The position numbers and the translations under genes are program-made. 40,000 nucleotides of DNA. It comes from Terriglobia bacterium. GTDB lineage: Bacteria > Acidobacteriota > Terriglobia > 20CM-2-55-15. Below the pieces are notes generated by a model. That model worked only from the letters and a program-made list of their open reading frames with translations, was not told the origin of the DNA and did no database searches. Of the stretch, positions 30,522 to 38,841 are shown in pieces (within the stretch, counting starts at the first letter, position 1; every line of letters starts with the position of its first letter). Location of the stretch: assembly GCA_963555775.3 (NCBI GenBank), contig CAUVWY020000009.1, positions 940,598 through 980,597 of the forward strand, given 5' to 3'.

Positions 30522-33500
30522 AGCTGGCCTGCCCTTTCGAGCTGCCGGCGGATCTCCTGAAGTTCGACCGAAAGCGAGGAGACTGCTTCCGCGAAGGGGT
30601 CAATACCGTACTTCTGCGATTCGCCCGCCAGTCGTGCCTCTACGGAACAAAGGATTTCGTCGAGTTTCATTCGCAGTTGGTCGCACAGACAGACGACGGG
30701 TTCGTAGCCGCGTCCCAATATCGTGAGAACATGTCCGCGGGGTGCCCCATCAGCTATCTTGCCAGCGTCATCAAACGCCGCCATTACCTTCATCCTGCGG
30801 AACTCCTCAAGAAACTGGAGCACCTGCTTTGTATCCATACCCGTCGTGAGACCCGCAGACATCGCCGTTTCGATCGTCTCCTTCGCCACCCGAATCAGCG
30901 CGTCTTTGTCTGTTCCCTCGCCAAGCCAGGCGCGGGTTTCGTTCCGCCAGTCAACCAGTCGCCGTTGCGCTTTCACGACTCCAGAACTGAGTTTCCTCAG
31001 GTCCGAGTACGTCGTTCGAAAAGCGGCAAATTCTGGGACACCGGACGGCGTTGGCAGCGACTCACTAAACTTCCAAGAGGCCACGGTCCTTTCGATTGAC
31101 GACTTTAGACGCATGACATCGATCGCATGCACCGCGTCCCCTTGGCCTTGCCGCGCGCCGATCAGACTTAGGAGATGGCCCTGCCACGACAGTTGGCCGC
31201 GTAACTCTCTTCCGCCTTGCTCCCGGCATCGCCGCAGTTCTTCAGTGAATTCAAGCCACGCCGCAAATTCTGCATCCGTGTTGGCCGCTGCATTCACCGG
31301 CGCAGATTCCGGTGCATCAGCGAACATCGCATTGACAAGTGACGCGTGATCGCGATCCTTTGCAGCGGCATCAATGCCCAGCGCTCGGGCACCGGTCAAG
31401 AGCCCTTCGACAAATGCAGGAATTGGATCCCAGTTCGCCTTAAAGTACCTTCCCCGCACGAAGATGCGCGCACGTTCTGCCATTCTGCCGACGAATGCCC
31501 CGTACTTCGCCAAATCATTTTCGGCATCCGCGTAGTCCCATTTACCTTTATGAACCGCGTGAAATCGAATCAGCGCCATGAGGGCCGAGTGAACGCTCGC
31601 GCTGGCGGCTTGGTCCACACGATCAGCGTCCGAGCATACTGCGATCATTCCGTCGTCGGCGGTTCGTCCCTCGTTTCCAGCAGCGTGAGGAATGTAGATC
31701 CAGTTGAACCACAAAGCCAATGGCGCGTCCCTACGAGGTCGATAGAGATCCCAATCCCACTCAACGAAACCCTTTAGCGCCTCTGCAATCCACTTGCGAA
31801 GTTGATTGGCATCCGCTTGCGGAATAAGCACGCCGCTCCGCCACTTCTCCAGTATTTGCTCCCAGTTCGCCTCAAGAGGACCCTTGGATGTACGCTTCTC
31901 AAGTTTCTCAGTTTTCTCAGTTTTCTCGGGTTTCTCGGGACGCTTCGGTGGTGTGCTGTCTTTGGAAAATATGCGGCGATCCAGACCGAACGCAGAGAAT
32001 ACACGCGGTTCTATTTGATCTATTTCGGACAGCGTATCCGGGAAGTCACCCCAATACCCAAGAAACCGCAGATAGCGCTCGAAGGCCTGCACTGGCACAC
32101 GCCGTTTCACTTCTTCCGCGATCCCAGCCGGCAAGGGTCTGCCGGGAGCGCCGAATGTCTCGGATGGAAAATTACCCGCCTCAAAGAGATCGCGATGATT
32201 CAGCACGGTAGTAATAACGTTCTGAATTACAAATCGGGGATTGTAGACGAGGCGACCGTTCTGGCTGCAGCCCGCGTGACTCATCTGGTCAATCGCCGCA
32301 GCATTGAAAGGAAATAGTTCATAACCATCAGACGACACGCCAAACGCGTCGAGCGTCGCACGGGCTTCTGGTTCGACATCTGCTTTGAAGACAGGAATTC
32401 CCTCGTGTTCGACTGCGAATTCCGGTGCGGCAACTCTGACTGCCTCTTCCAGGGCATTCTGACCCAGGCGCGCCGCGTTCAGGTACGCTCCAACGAGTTT
32501 TTTGATTCTCGAAAGAATCTCTTCCTCAGTTCCTGGTTCATCCGGTATACGAAACTCAACATTCGCACGCGTGAGTACAGTTGCCGTGTCCATATAGCCG
32601 GTCGTGTACGCCAGCGCAGTTCGCATAGTGCACAACTCCTGACGGCCATCTCGAAACGCCCCTTGGATGATTACTTGCAGCAATTGCTTCTGGAGCCCTG
32701 ACAAGACCGCGAAATCTTCTACGAGAAGCACGAGTTCGCGATGCTCCTTAAACAACTCCCGCCGCACCGCGTCGAACAATTCCGAAACAGTGGGATCGAG
32801 ACGCAGCAAGCGTTGTTTGGCGCCATCGAGGGCGCCGTTCAGGATATGGGCCGCCGTGGCGCGTCGGTCGCCGCGGTCGAACTGAGCCAATGCCTTGGCT
32901 TCCACTCGGCCAAGCGCGCCCCGGTCGATCGCTTCTGGATCGAATTTCAGATCGTCCGCGATAAAGGAATGTTGCCGATCATCATCGCCGCTGGCATCAC
33001 GAACCTCCGTGAGTTGTTCGACAAGCCTCTTGACTACACCATCACGCCCATCTGGAGTCTGAACGAAATGTTTATCCCTGAGTAATTGGTTGCGTAACAG
33101 CGCCTGGAGCATGTCGGCACGACAGAACCCCTCACGTTCGCGAGCACTCTTGTCGGCTGGATTCTTCAGGAGCGCGGCGGCAGCCTCCGTATACATCTCA
33201 TCGATTGTGTGGGCGAGCATCTCGCACAGCAGGCCCGCCGCTTCGCGCGGTTCTAGTTCCTCTTGTGCCCGAACGAGTTCCGTACGGAATCGGTCGTACG
33301 CAGAACCGCGCAAGTCCTTGAGAATAATACCTAGGACACCTTTCAGGCTCATCCCCTTGGGAATCCGTAGGATGACGCGCTGATCGTTCCCCGGTTGTAG
33401 CCGGATCTGTGCGTCCAACCATCGAATCACGTGCGACTTTCCGATGCCGGAACTGCCAACAATGGGAACAATGCGCCGACCGTCTGGCTCATCCGCGAGG

Positions 33501-33694
33501 AACCACTCGAGCAATTCGCGCTCGCCACAGGTCCCCACTTTCTCGCGGTCTCCTCCAATCACGCGCCGCTCGAATTGCATCGGTTGATGAACCGCCAGCA
33601 ACACAGCCTTGTCAGCACCTTCTGCGTCCGTCTTTATGCACACCATCACGTCGGACTCACGCGGCCAGTACCGGAGAAGGTCTCGTGTCGACAT
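30518..33694 (-). CDS. Large P-loop NTPase (1058 aa), function unknown
   Basis: Walker A motif IVPIVGSSGIGKSHVIRW lies near the N-terminus. There is a long helical C-terminal region and an internal PEKPEKTEKTEKLEK linker. The ATG directly follows the TAA of the upstream gene. Confidence 0.75.
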   Translation of the reverse strand: MSTRDLLRYWPRESDVMVCIKTDAEGADKAVLLAVHQPMQFERRVIGGDREKVGTCGERELLEWFLADEPDGRRIVPIVGSSGIGKSHVIRWLDAQIRLQPGNDQRVILRIPKGMSLKGVLGIILKDLRGSAYDRFRTELVRAQEELEPREAAGLLCEMLAHTIDEMYTEAAAALLKNPADKSAREREGFCRADMLQALLRNQLLRDKHFVQTPDGRDGVVKRLVEQLTEVRDASGDDDRQHSFIADDLKFDPEAIDRGALGRVEAKALAQFDRGDRRATAAHILNGALDGAKQRLLRLDPTVSELFDAVRRELFKEHRELVLLVEDFAVLSGLQKQLLQVIIQGAFRDGRQELCTMRTALAYTTGYMDTATVLTRANVEFRIPDEPGTEEEILSRIKKLVGAYLNAARLGQNALEEAVRVAAPEFAVEHEGIPVFKADVEPEARATLDAFGVSSDGYELFPFNAAAIDQMSHAGCSQNGRLVYNPRFVIQNVITTVLNHRDLFEAGNFPSETFGAPGRPLPAGIAEEVKRRVPVQAFERYLRFLGYWGDFPDTLSEIDQIEPRVFSAFGLDRRIFSKDSTPPKRPEKPEKTEKTEKLEKRTSKGPLEANWEQILEKWRSGVLIPQADANQLRKWIAEALKGFVEWDWDLYRPRRDAPLALWFNWIYIPHAAGNEGRTADDGMIAVCSDADRVDQAASASVHSALMALIRFHAVHKGKWDYADAENDLAKYGAFVGRMAERARIFVRGRYFKANWDPIPAFVEGLLTGARALGIDAAAKDRDHASLVNAMFADAPESAPVNAAANTDAEFAAWLEFTEELRRCREQGGRELRGQLSWQGHLLSLIGARQGQGDAVHAIDVMRLKSSIERTVASWKFSESLPTPSGVPEFAAFRTTYSDLRKLSSGVVKAQRRLVDWRNETRAWLGEGTDKDALIRVAKETIETAMSAGLTTGMDTKQVLQFLEEFRRMKVMAAFDDAGKIADGAPRGHVLTILGRGYEPVVCLCDQLRMKLDEILCSVEARLAGESQKYGIDPFAEAVSSLSVELQEIRRQLERAGQL
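31895..31948. repeat. Short 9-bp-period tandem repeat inside the ATPase gene
   Basis: CTTCTCAAG TTTCTCAGT TTTCTCAGT TTTCTCGGG TTTCTCGGG ... on the plus strand encodes the (P/T/L)EK x5-6 linker. Confidence 0.7.
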
Positions 33695-33951
33695 TTACCT
33701 CATCCCCGTACGCACGAAGTGGCTGACTGGACGCAATGCGCGGCCACCTCGACCGAGCAACATGCGCTGCGGTGCATCAGACCGTGCTTCGAGCCGAAGT
33801 TCATCGTTGGCTTCGAGGGTCAAGAGCGCCGCCGAGAGACTGAGCGACACTTCAGCCGCGCGTTGGGCGCGCCACGGGCCCTCTGTGCCAATGTAGATGA
33901 GACACCTTCCCTAACGTTAATTAGTGAGCAGGGCGGGAAGGAAGATAACCT

Positions 33952-34440
33952 GTGTTGGTGATTAAACCAGAAGAGGAGAAAGAATCGCGGGCAACGGAAG
34001 GAGCCCGTAGGGCGACTGGAGTTGGGCGCGATTCGGCCGATGGGAATGGTGCCGGTCCGGATCCGGAGGTCGCCGATAAGGCGACGCGTCGACGATTCAG
34101 CGCGGAGTATAAGCGCCGGATCGTACGAGATGCCGACCGGTGTACGAAGCCCGGTGAGGTGGGCGCGTTGTTACGCCGTGAAGGGGTGTACTCATCGAGC
34201 CTGAGCACGTGGCGTCGGCAACTCGATGCCGGGGAGTTGGCCGGCGTCGGATCGGTCAAACGTGGACCGAAGGCGCAGCCGATAGACCCGCGGGATAAGC
34301 GGATTGCGGAGTTGGAACGGGAGACTCGGCGTCTGGAGGCGAGACTCGGGCAAGCCGAGACGATAATCGCCATTCAAAAAAAAGTTGCGACGCTATTAGG
34401 AATTCCGCTGAATACGATCCAGGACAAGGAGAACGGTTGA
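33952..34440 (+). CDS. IS3 family transposase OrfA (HTH)
   Basis: GTG start follows GGAAGGAAG. The sequence includes RRRFSAEYKRRIVRDA and a leucine-zipper-like C-terminus (ELERETRRLEARLGQAETIIAIQKK). Confidence 0.85.
   Translation: MLVIKPEEEKESRATEGARRATGVGRDSADGNGAGPDPEVADKATRRRFSAEYKRRIVRDADRCTKPGEVGALLRREGVYSSSLSTWRRQLDAGELAGVGSVKRGPKAQPIDPRDKRIAELERETRRLEARLGQAETIIAIQKKVATLLGIPLNTIQDKENG
34376..34384 (+). promoter_or_regulatory. Probable programmed -1 ribosomal frameshift site (A8G) of the IS3 element
   Basis: The run AAAAAAAAG lies near the end of orfA. orfB is in the -1 frame and is open upstream of its listed ATG. Confidence 0.6.
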
Positions 34441-35441
34441 TGGAAGCGGCCCAGACCCACTCTGCCGAGTTGGGCGCCGCACCCGCATGCCGGGCCTTTG
34501 GAGTTCCCCGTGCATCGTTCTATCGTCACCGGCAACGGCGAGCCGAACCCGCCCCAGACCCGATCCGTCGGCGATCGCATCGAGCGTTGAGTGAGGTGGA
34601 GCGCCAAGAGGTCCTCGACCTGCTGCATGGCGATCGCTTCGTGGACCAGGCGCCGGCTCAGGTCGCCGCCGCCCTGCTGGACGAGGACCGCTATCTGTGT
34701 TCCCCACGAACGATGTATCGGATCCTGGAAGCGAATCAGGAAGTTCGCGAACGAAGGAACCAGCGACGCCATCCCGCCTATACAAAGCCGGAGCTGTTGG
34801 CTACGGCTCCGAATCAAGTTTGGAGTTGGGACATCACGAAGTTGAAGGGACCCCAAAAGTGGACCTACTTCTACCTGTACGTGATCCTGGACATCTTCAG
34901 CCGCCAAGTCGTGGGCTGGATGGTCGCCGATTGCGAATCGGCGAATCTGGCCAAAAAGTTGATCCAGAAAGCCTGCGACAAGCAACAGATTGATCGTGAT
35001 CAACTCATACTCCACTCCGATCGTGGATCGTCGATGAAGTCCAAGGCGGTGGCGCTGCTGTTGGCCGATCTGGGAGTGACGAAGTCTCACTCCCGACCGT
35101 ATGTATCGGACGACAATCCATTCTCGGAAGCGCAGTTCAAGACGCTCAAGTACCGGCCAGGCTTCCCGGACCGTTTCGGTTGTAGCCAGGACGCCAAGGC
35201 GTTCTGCAGGGACTTCTTCCACTGGTACAACAATGTCCACTACCATTCGGGACTGAACTGGTTGACACCGGCTATGGTTCACCACGCCCGTACCGACATC
35301 GTCATCCAAAAACGGCAGCATGCCATGGATTGTGCGCGGCAACGCCACCCAGAACGCTTCGTCAACGTACCCAGAACGATCCCAGGGCCGCCCGACAAGG
35401 TGTGGATCAATCCACCCGTAGAATCGCAGGCGGTAGCTTAA
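34437..35441 (+). CDS. IS3 family transposase OrfB (DDE integrase core)
   Basis: WSWDITKLKG...YLYVILDIFSRQVVGW...LHSDRGSSMKS...YVSDDNPFSEAQFKTLKY is the rve-type DDE pattern. Confidence 0.9.
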   Translation: MMEAAQTHSAELGAAPACRAFGVPRASFYRHRQRRAEPAPDPIRRRSHRALSEVERQEVLDLLHGDRFVDQAPAQVAAALLDEDRYLCSPRTMYRILEANQEVRERRNQRRHPAYTKPELLATAPNQVWSWDITKLKGPQKWTYFYLYVILDIFSRQVVGWMVADCESANLAKKLIQKACDKQQIDRDQLILHSDRGSSMKSKAVALLLADLGVTKSHSRPYVSDDNPFSEAQFKTLKYRPGFPDRFGCSQDAKAFCRDFFHWYNNVHYHSGLNWLTPAMVHHARTDIVIQKRQHAMDCARQRHPERFVNVPRTIPGPPDKVWINPPVESQAVA

Positions 35442-36193
35442 TTGTTGAACCCACGTGTCTCACACTTGTTGACATTCACCGGGGCGCGCCATCTTGTTCT
35501 CGATCGAGACGCGATAGCGACCGCCATCAACGATTGGGAGCGAATCCGCTAGCCCCGAAAAGAAATCGGCCTGAGGCAACTCCTTAGCTCCACGAAACAC
35601 CGCGTCGAGTGTGAAGCGCACTGCAACTGCTGGGTGTGGCACAAAGCTTATCTTCGTCGTCTTCCATCCGATTCCTAGAAATGTGGCCCACTCACTGAAA
35701 CCCGCCCAACGTGTGTCATTTCTAAAAGGCCGAGGCTCGACGCCTTGCGCGTCCTGAAGCGACTCAACACCGCCCTTGTAACTGGCCGGAAAGCCGTACG
35801 GGTCTTGCGCCAGTGCCCATGCGATTGCGCGTGTGCAATCGGACGCCTTTGCATCTTCGCGGACTTCATCGTTGTCCTGCATGAATGCGGGGTTGTTCTC
35901 ATTCTTCAGAACCAGTCGAAGAACTGCGGCACGCACACTTGGCAAGTCATCGGCGGCTATGCCAGCGATTGTTGATGTCAGATGAATGACGCCCCCGACA
36001 TCGTCGAAGAACCCCAACTGCTTCCACCGATTCAAGGTCATTCTGGCCAGTTCAGGCTTGCCTTCCGGCACGACTGACGAAGGCGCTACCAGTCTAATAA
36101 GCTCCGAATCCGGTCGCGGACCGTACGCGAGCACGGCCCGCCTCAACGCGAGCAGCACCGAAAGCAGACCGTCTGAAGGACGGTTGAGAATGC

Positions 36194-36817
36194 TCATGAC
36201 TGCAACCTAGCAAGGAGATCCTCTATCGACAGATGCTTTACTACATCGAGCAGGAGCCTTTGCGGTTGCGCCGGGTCCGGAGTGCTCCGGGGAACGACAA
36301 TAATGTGACGCGGGCGGTGGACAATCATTACTCTTTTCAGCGCCCCTAGGGCCAGACACCGCTCCCCCAGCAGTGTGAGTCTCGGCACGGGCGCCGCAGG
36401 GGCCATGCGACTATCCAAGTCCGCTGTCGCGCGAATCACAAATCGAAGTGGCGCCCGAGACGTCAGTTGCGACCATTCACGACTGGAAAGACTCCCATCG
36501 GGGAGTGCTAGTTCCGTGATGCCATCATGACTTAGGTTTTTTACCGGTGTAGTCCGACAGGCTGCTAGTTCCGTGATGCCATCAGCTACCGAGTAACGAA
36601 GAAGGCTGAGCAGACGCTCCCGCCATTGTCTCATCTCCCTGAAAGCATCACCGAACACCTCTTCGTATGACACCCAAGCCCGGCCTACTTCGTCTGAGCA
36701 GGGAGCCAGAGCACGCTCGAAGGTCGCTGATAGTACAGCAGCGGTATTGGTGATCGTGGTCACCTCGGGCTCTGGAGACCGCAAACCCACCGCATTTTTT
36801 GTCTTGTAGTCGGGCAA
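36194..36817 (-). CDS. Unknown 207-aa ORF (possibly the frameshifted C-terminal part of the RecQ-like gene) containing a 57-bp MITE-derived in-frame insertion
   Basis: It has a TTG start, a 58-nt out-of-frame overlap with the RecQ-like ORF, and a 4-nt overlap with the downstream gene. The peptide DGITEL occurs twice, 19 aa apart, because of the duplication and insertion at 36508-36584. Confidence 0.5.
   Translation of the reverse strand: MPDYKTKNAVGLRSPEPEVTTITNTAAVLSATFERALAPCSDEVGRAWVSYEEVFGDAFREMRQWRERLLSLLRYSVADGITELAACRTTPVKNLSHDGITELALPDGSLSSREWSQLTSRAPLRFVIRATADLDSRMAPAAPVPRLTLLGERCLALGALKRVMIVHRPRHIIVVPRSTPDPAQPQRLLLDVVKHLSIEDLLARLQS
36528..36568. mobile_element. Partial, diverged MITE end (37 bp + CTAG)
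   Basis: TGACTTAGGTTTTTTACCGGTGTAGTCCGACAGGCTG+CTAG corresponds to the right end of the 130-bp element (TGACTTAGGTTTTTGATTCGGTGTTAGTCCGACAGGCTG+CTAG). It is bracketed by a 20-bp direct repeat, CTAGTTCCGTGATGCCATCA, at 36508-36527 and 36565-36584. Confidence 0.7.
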
Positions 36818-38841
36818 CTTCCCGCGAATATCGGCGGGATTACGATCGGGTTTTCCAGGGTGTAGGCCTGACGAAAGATCTCATTCAGGGGGCGCCGTAC
36901 ATCGCGGAGTTCCTTGACTGATTTGAGTCCCTCCTCGTCGGCAGAACGAAGCGTCGCCCTCGCATGAGCCACAACGTCATCCCAATGGGCCTTGTCCGAG
37001 TGGCGCGTATCACGAATCCGTACTGCCACCTCTCGCGCGAACCGCTCCAATATTGGTCGCCGCCGCTTCTCGAACCTCTCGTCGCTTTCATCGTCCAACC
37101 GATCAATCACCGGCGGCGGATGTGCCGCAAAACTGATCAGGCCGGCCTGTGCCATAAGAACGAGGGTCCGCAGATTCCACGACGCGTTTAGCTCTCCCAC
37201 GTCAGCGATGTCGGCCGGCCTATCATCCAGTGAAAGGATGTACGTGTCGTCACTGGTCCGATGGTGCCGGACCCACATTGCATCCCATCGTTCAAATGCC
37301 CGGTCGATGCTAATCAGCCGTTCCTTGCCCAATGCCACGGCGGTGGCAACGTCTGAACGCGTAATCACGATGAGAGCAACTGCGGCCCGTCCATCGCGAC
37401 CGGCCCGTCCAACCTCCTGATAGTAGCGATCGATAGTCTCCGGTAAACAAGCGTGTACGACAGATCTGACTTCTTGCTGATCCATACCAAGGCCGAACGC
37501 CGATGTAGCGACGACAATGTCGACTGCGGAACCTCGCCAGTCCCGTAACACGTCGTCACCGCCCAAAGCCGCGAGATCGCCTCCACGCACAAGCCGGGTA
37601 CGACGCAATCCGCTGTTCTGCAGGCACGCATACCAATGTGCAGCGCGCTCACGAAGTGTTGTGTAAAGGATGAGCGGTCGCGGGAGGTGCCACATAGCTT
37701 CAAGGATGCGGGTCGAACGTTCGTCTTCTTCATCCACCGCGTGAATCAGGAAGCCCGGTTCGGGACGGAGTTCCGGTTCTGATACAACTTGGCAGCCCCC
37801 ATTGCCGAACAATTGCCGCAACGTTTCGCAGCATTCTGAGGTGAGCGTCGCAGTCAGAAGAAGTGTCCGGAATCTTGCCGCCGGTGGGCAAACGGCCAGC
37901 AAGGCATCTTTGAGCCCTGCAATGCTCTGAAACTCTGGTCGGAACTGCTGGCCCCATTGCGTCACGATGTGAGCCTCATCGATCGCAAAGACACGCAGAC
38001 GCCCTTCACGTGCGGTCTCGAAAAGAGGTCCACGCAGGGCTCCCATTACCGCCTCTGCCGAAGCGAACACAATTGGAAGGCTACCGTCACGTATCCCCGC
38101 CCTAATGGCGTTCTTCGAGTCGGCGTCGAGGCCGCCGTGATAAGCACAGGTCACATCGGTTTGAGGTCGGCCCGTATCCAACTGTCCGGCGAGTTCACGA
38201 AAGCGTTCCTCCTGATCTTTCGCGAGTGCAGTCGTTGGGACGACAACGAGCGTCAGTCCGCCCTCGGATCCCCAGACGAGAGCGGGCAATTGGAAGGCAA
38301 GCGTCTTTCCTCCACCTGTTGGCAAGCTGACAATCGCTGTGGATCCAGCCGGCATGAGAAACGCTGCCTGCACAGCGGCCCGCTGGCCGCTCGAGACGTA
38401 CTCCGAATGGCCCGTGAATTCTGTTAGGAGTGGATCGTTCGGGACAGGGCGCGCTTGCCTGCGCAGAACCTCACCGATCGCTGCGTCCACTACGTCTGGC
38501 GCGCCAGGATCGAGCCATGAGGGCTCCCATCGTTGCGCGCGTACGACGTAATCTGCTCCCGCAACTCGCGCGTTGCAACTGAACTGTTTCCAGAGTTCTG
38601 CGGTCGGCCAATCCTCGCCGCGGGGAACGCGCAATTCTGCCTCTTCTCCGAACTCAAGTTGGCATCGTAGCATTCCCTGACGCAGAAGCCCGGCGATGTC
38701 AGCCCTCCCAGTCTTTCCTGATGCCGCAGGAATCCCTTGAAGGGCATCGCGGACTCGTGCCAGAAACCGGTCGCCGATCGGTATCGGAAACGGTTCGGCC
38801 GATAGAACAAGTCGCTGCAACTCGTGGATGTGCGCGATCAC
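36760..38841 (-). CDS. RecQ-like DEAD/DEAH-box helicase (DpdF-like)
   Basis: Helicase motifs: LPTGGGKTLAFQLPAL, FAIDEAHIVTQWGQQFRPEF, LTATL, and QEVGRAGRDG. GTGA start overlaps the upstream gene stop. Confidence 0.85.
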   Translation of the reverse strand: MIAHIHELQRLVLSAEPFPIPIGDRFLARVRDALQGIPAASGKTGRADIAGLLRQGMLRCQLEFGEEAELRVPRGEDWPTAELWKQFSCNARVAGADYVVRAQRWEPSWLDPGAPDVVDAAIGEVLRRQARPVPNDPLLTEFTGHSEYVSSGQRAAVQAAFLMPAGSTAIVSLPTGGGKTLAFQLPALVWGSEGGLTLVVVPTTALAKDQEERFRELAGQLDTGRPQTDVTCAYHGGLDADSKNAIRAGIRDGSLPIVFASAEAVMGALRGPLFETAREGRLRVFAIDEAHIVTQWGQQFRPEFQSIAGLKDALLAVCPPAARFRTLLLTATLTSECCETLRQLFGNGGCQVVSEPELRPEPGFLIHAVDEEDERSTRILEAMWHLPRPLILYTTLRERAAHWYACLQNSGLRRTRLVRGGDLAALGGDDVLRDWRGSAVDIVVATSAFGLGMDQQEVRSVVHACLPETIDRYYQEVGRAGRDGRAAVALIVITRSDVATAVALGKERLISIDRAFERWDAMWVRHHRTSDDTYILSLDDRPADIADVGELNASWNLRTLVLMAQAGLISFAAHPPPVIDRLDDESDERFEKRRRPILERFAREVAVRIRDTRHSDKAHWDDVVAHARATLRSADEEGLKSVKELRDVRRPLNEIFRQAYTLENPIVIPPIFAGSCPTTRQKMRWVCGLQSPR

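Larger units (their letters stand above)
33898..35462 (+). mobile_element. IS3-family insertion sequence (about 1565 bp)
   Basis: The ends are TGAGACAC... and ...GTGTCTCA (the TG/CA termini typical of IS3). It has an orfA/orfB arrangement with a -1 frame relationship and an A8G slippery run. No target duplication is visible by eye. Confidence 0.85.
33695..36197 (-). pseudogene. Unknown gene of about 311 codons interrupted by an IS3-family element
   Basis: The N-part is 36197-35463; the listed 245-aa ORF takes its TGA from the IS terminal repeat. A 66-codon frame is open from the other IS boundary (33897) and ends in a TAA abutting the next ATG (YIGTEGPWRAQRAAEV...HFVRTGMR*). The two frames do not join cleanly. 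Confidence 0.6.

Noticed and set aside
31895-31948. The 9-bp tandem repeat as a CRISPR-like or regulatory array
   Set aside because: The units are far too short, have no spacers, and lie in frame within a coding region (an EK-rich linker). No CRISPR array is visible anywhere in the window.
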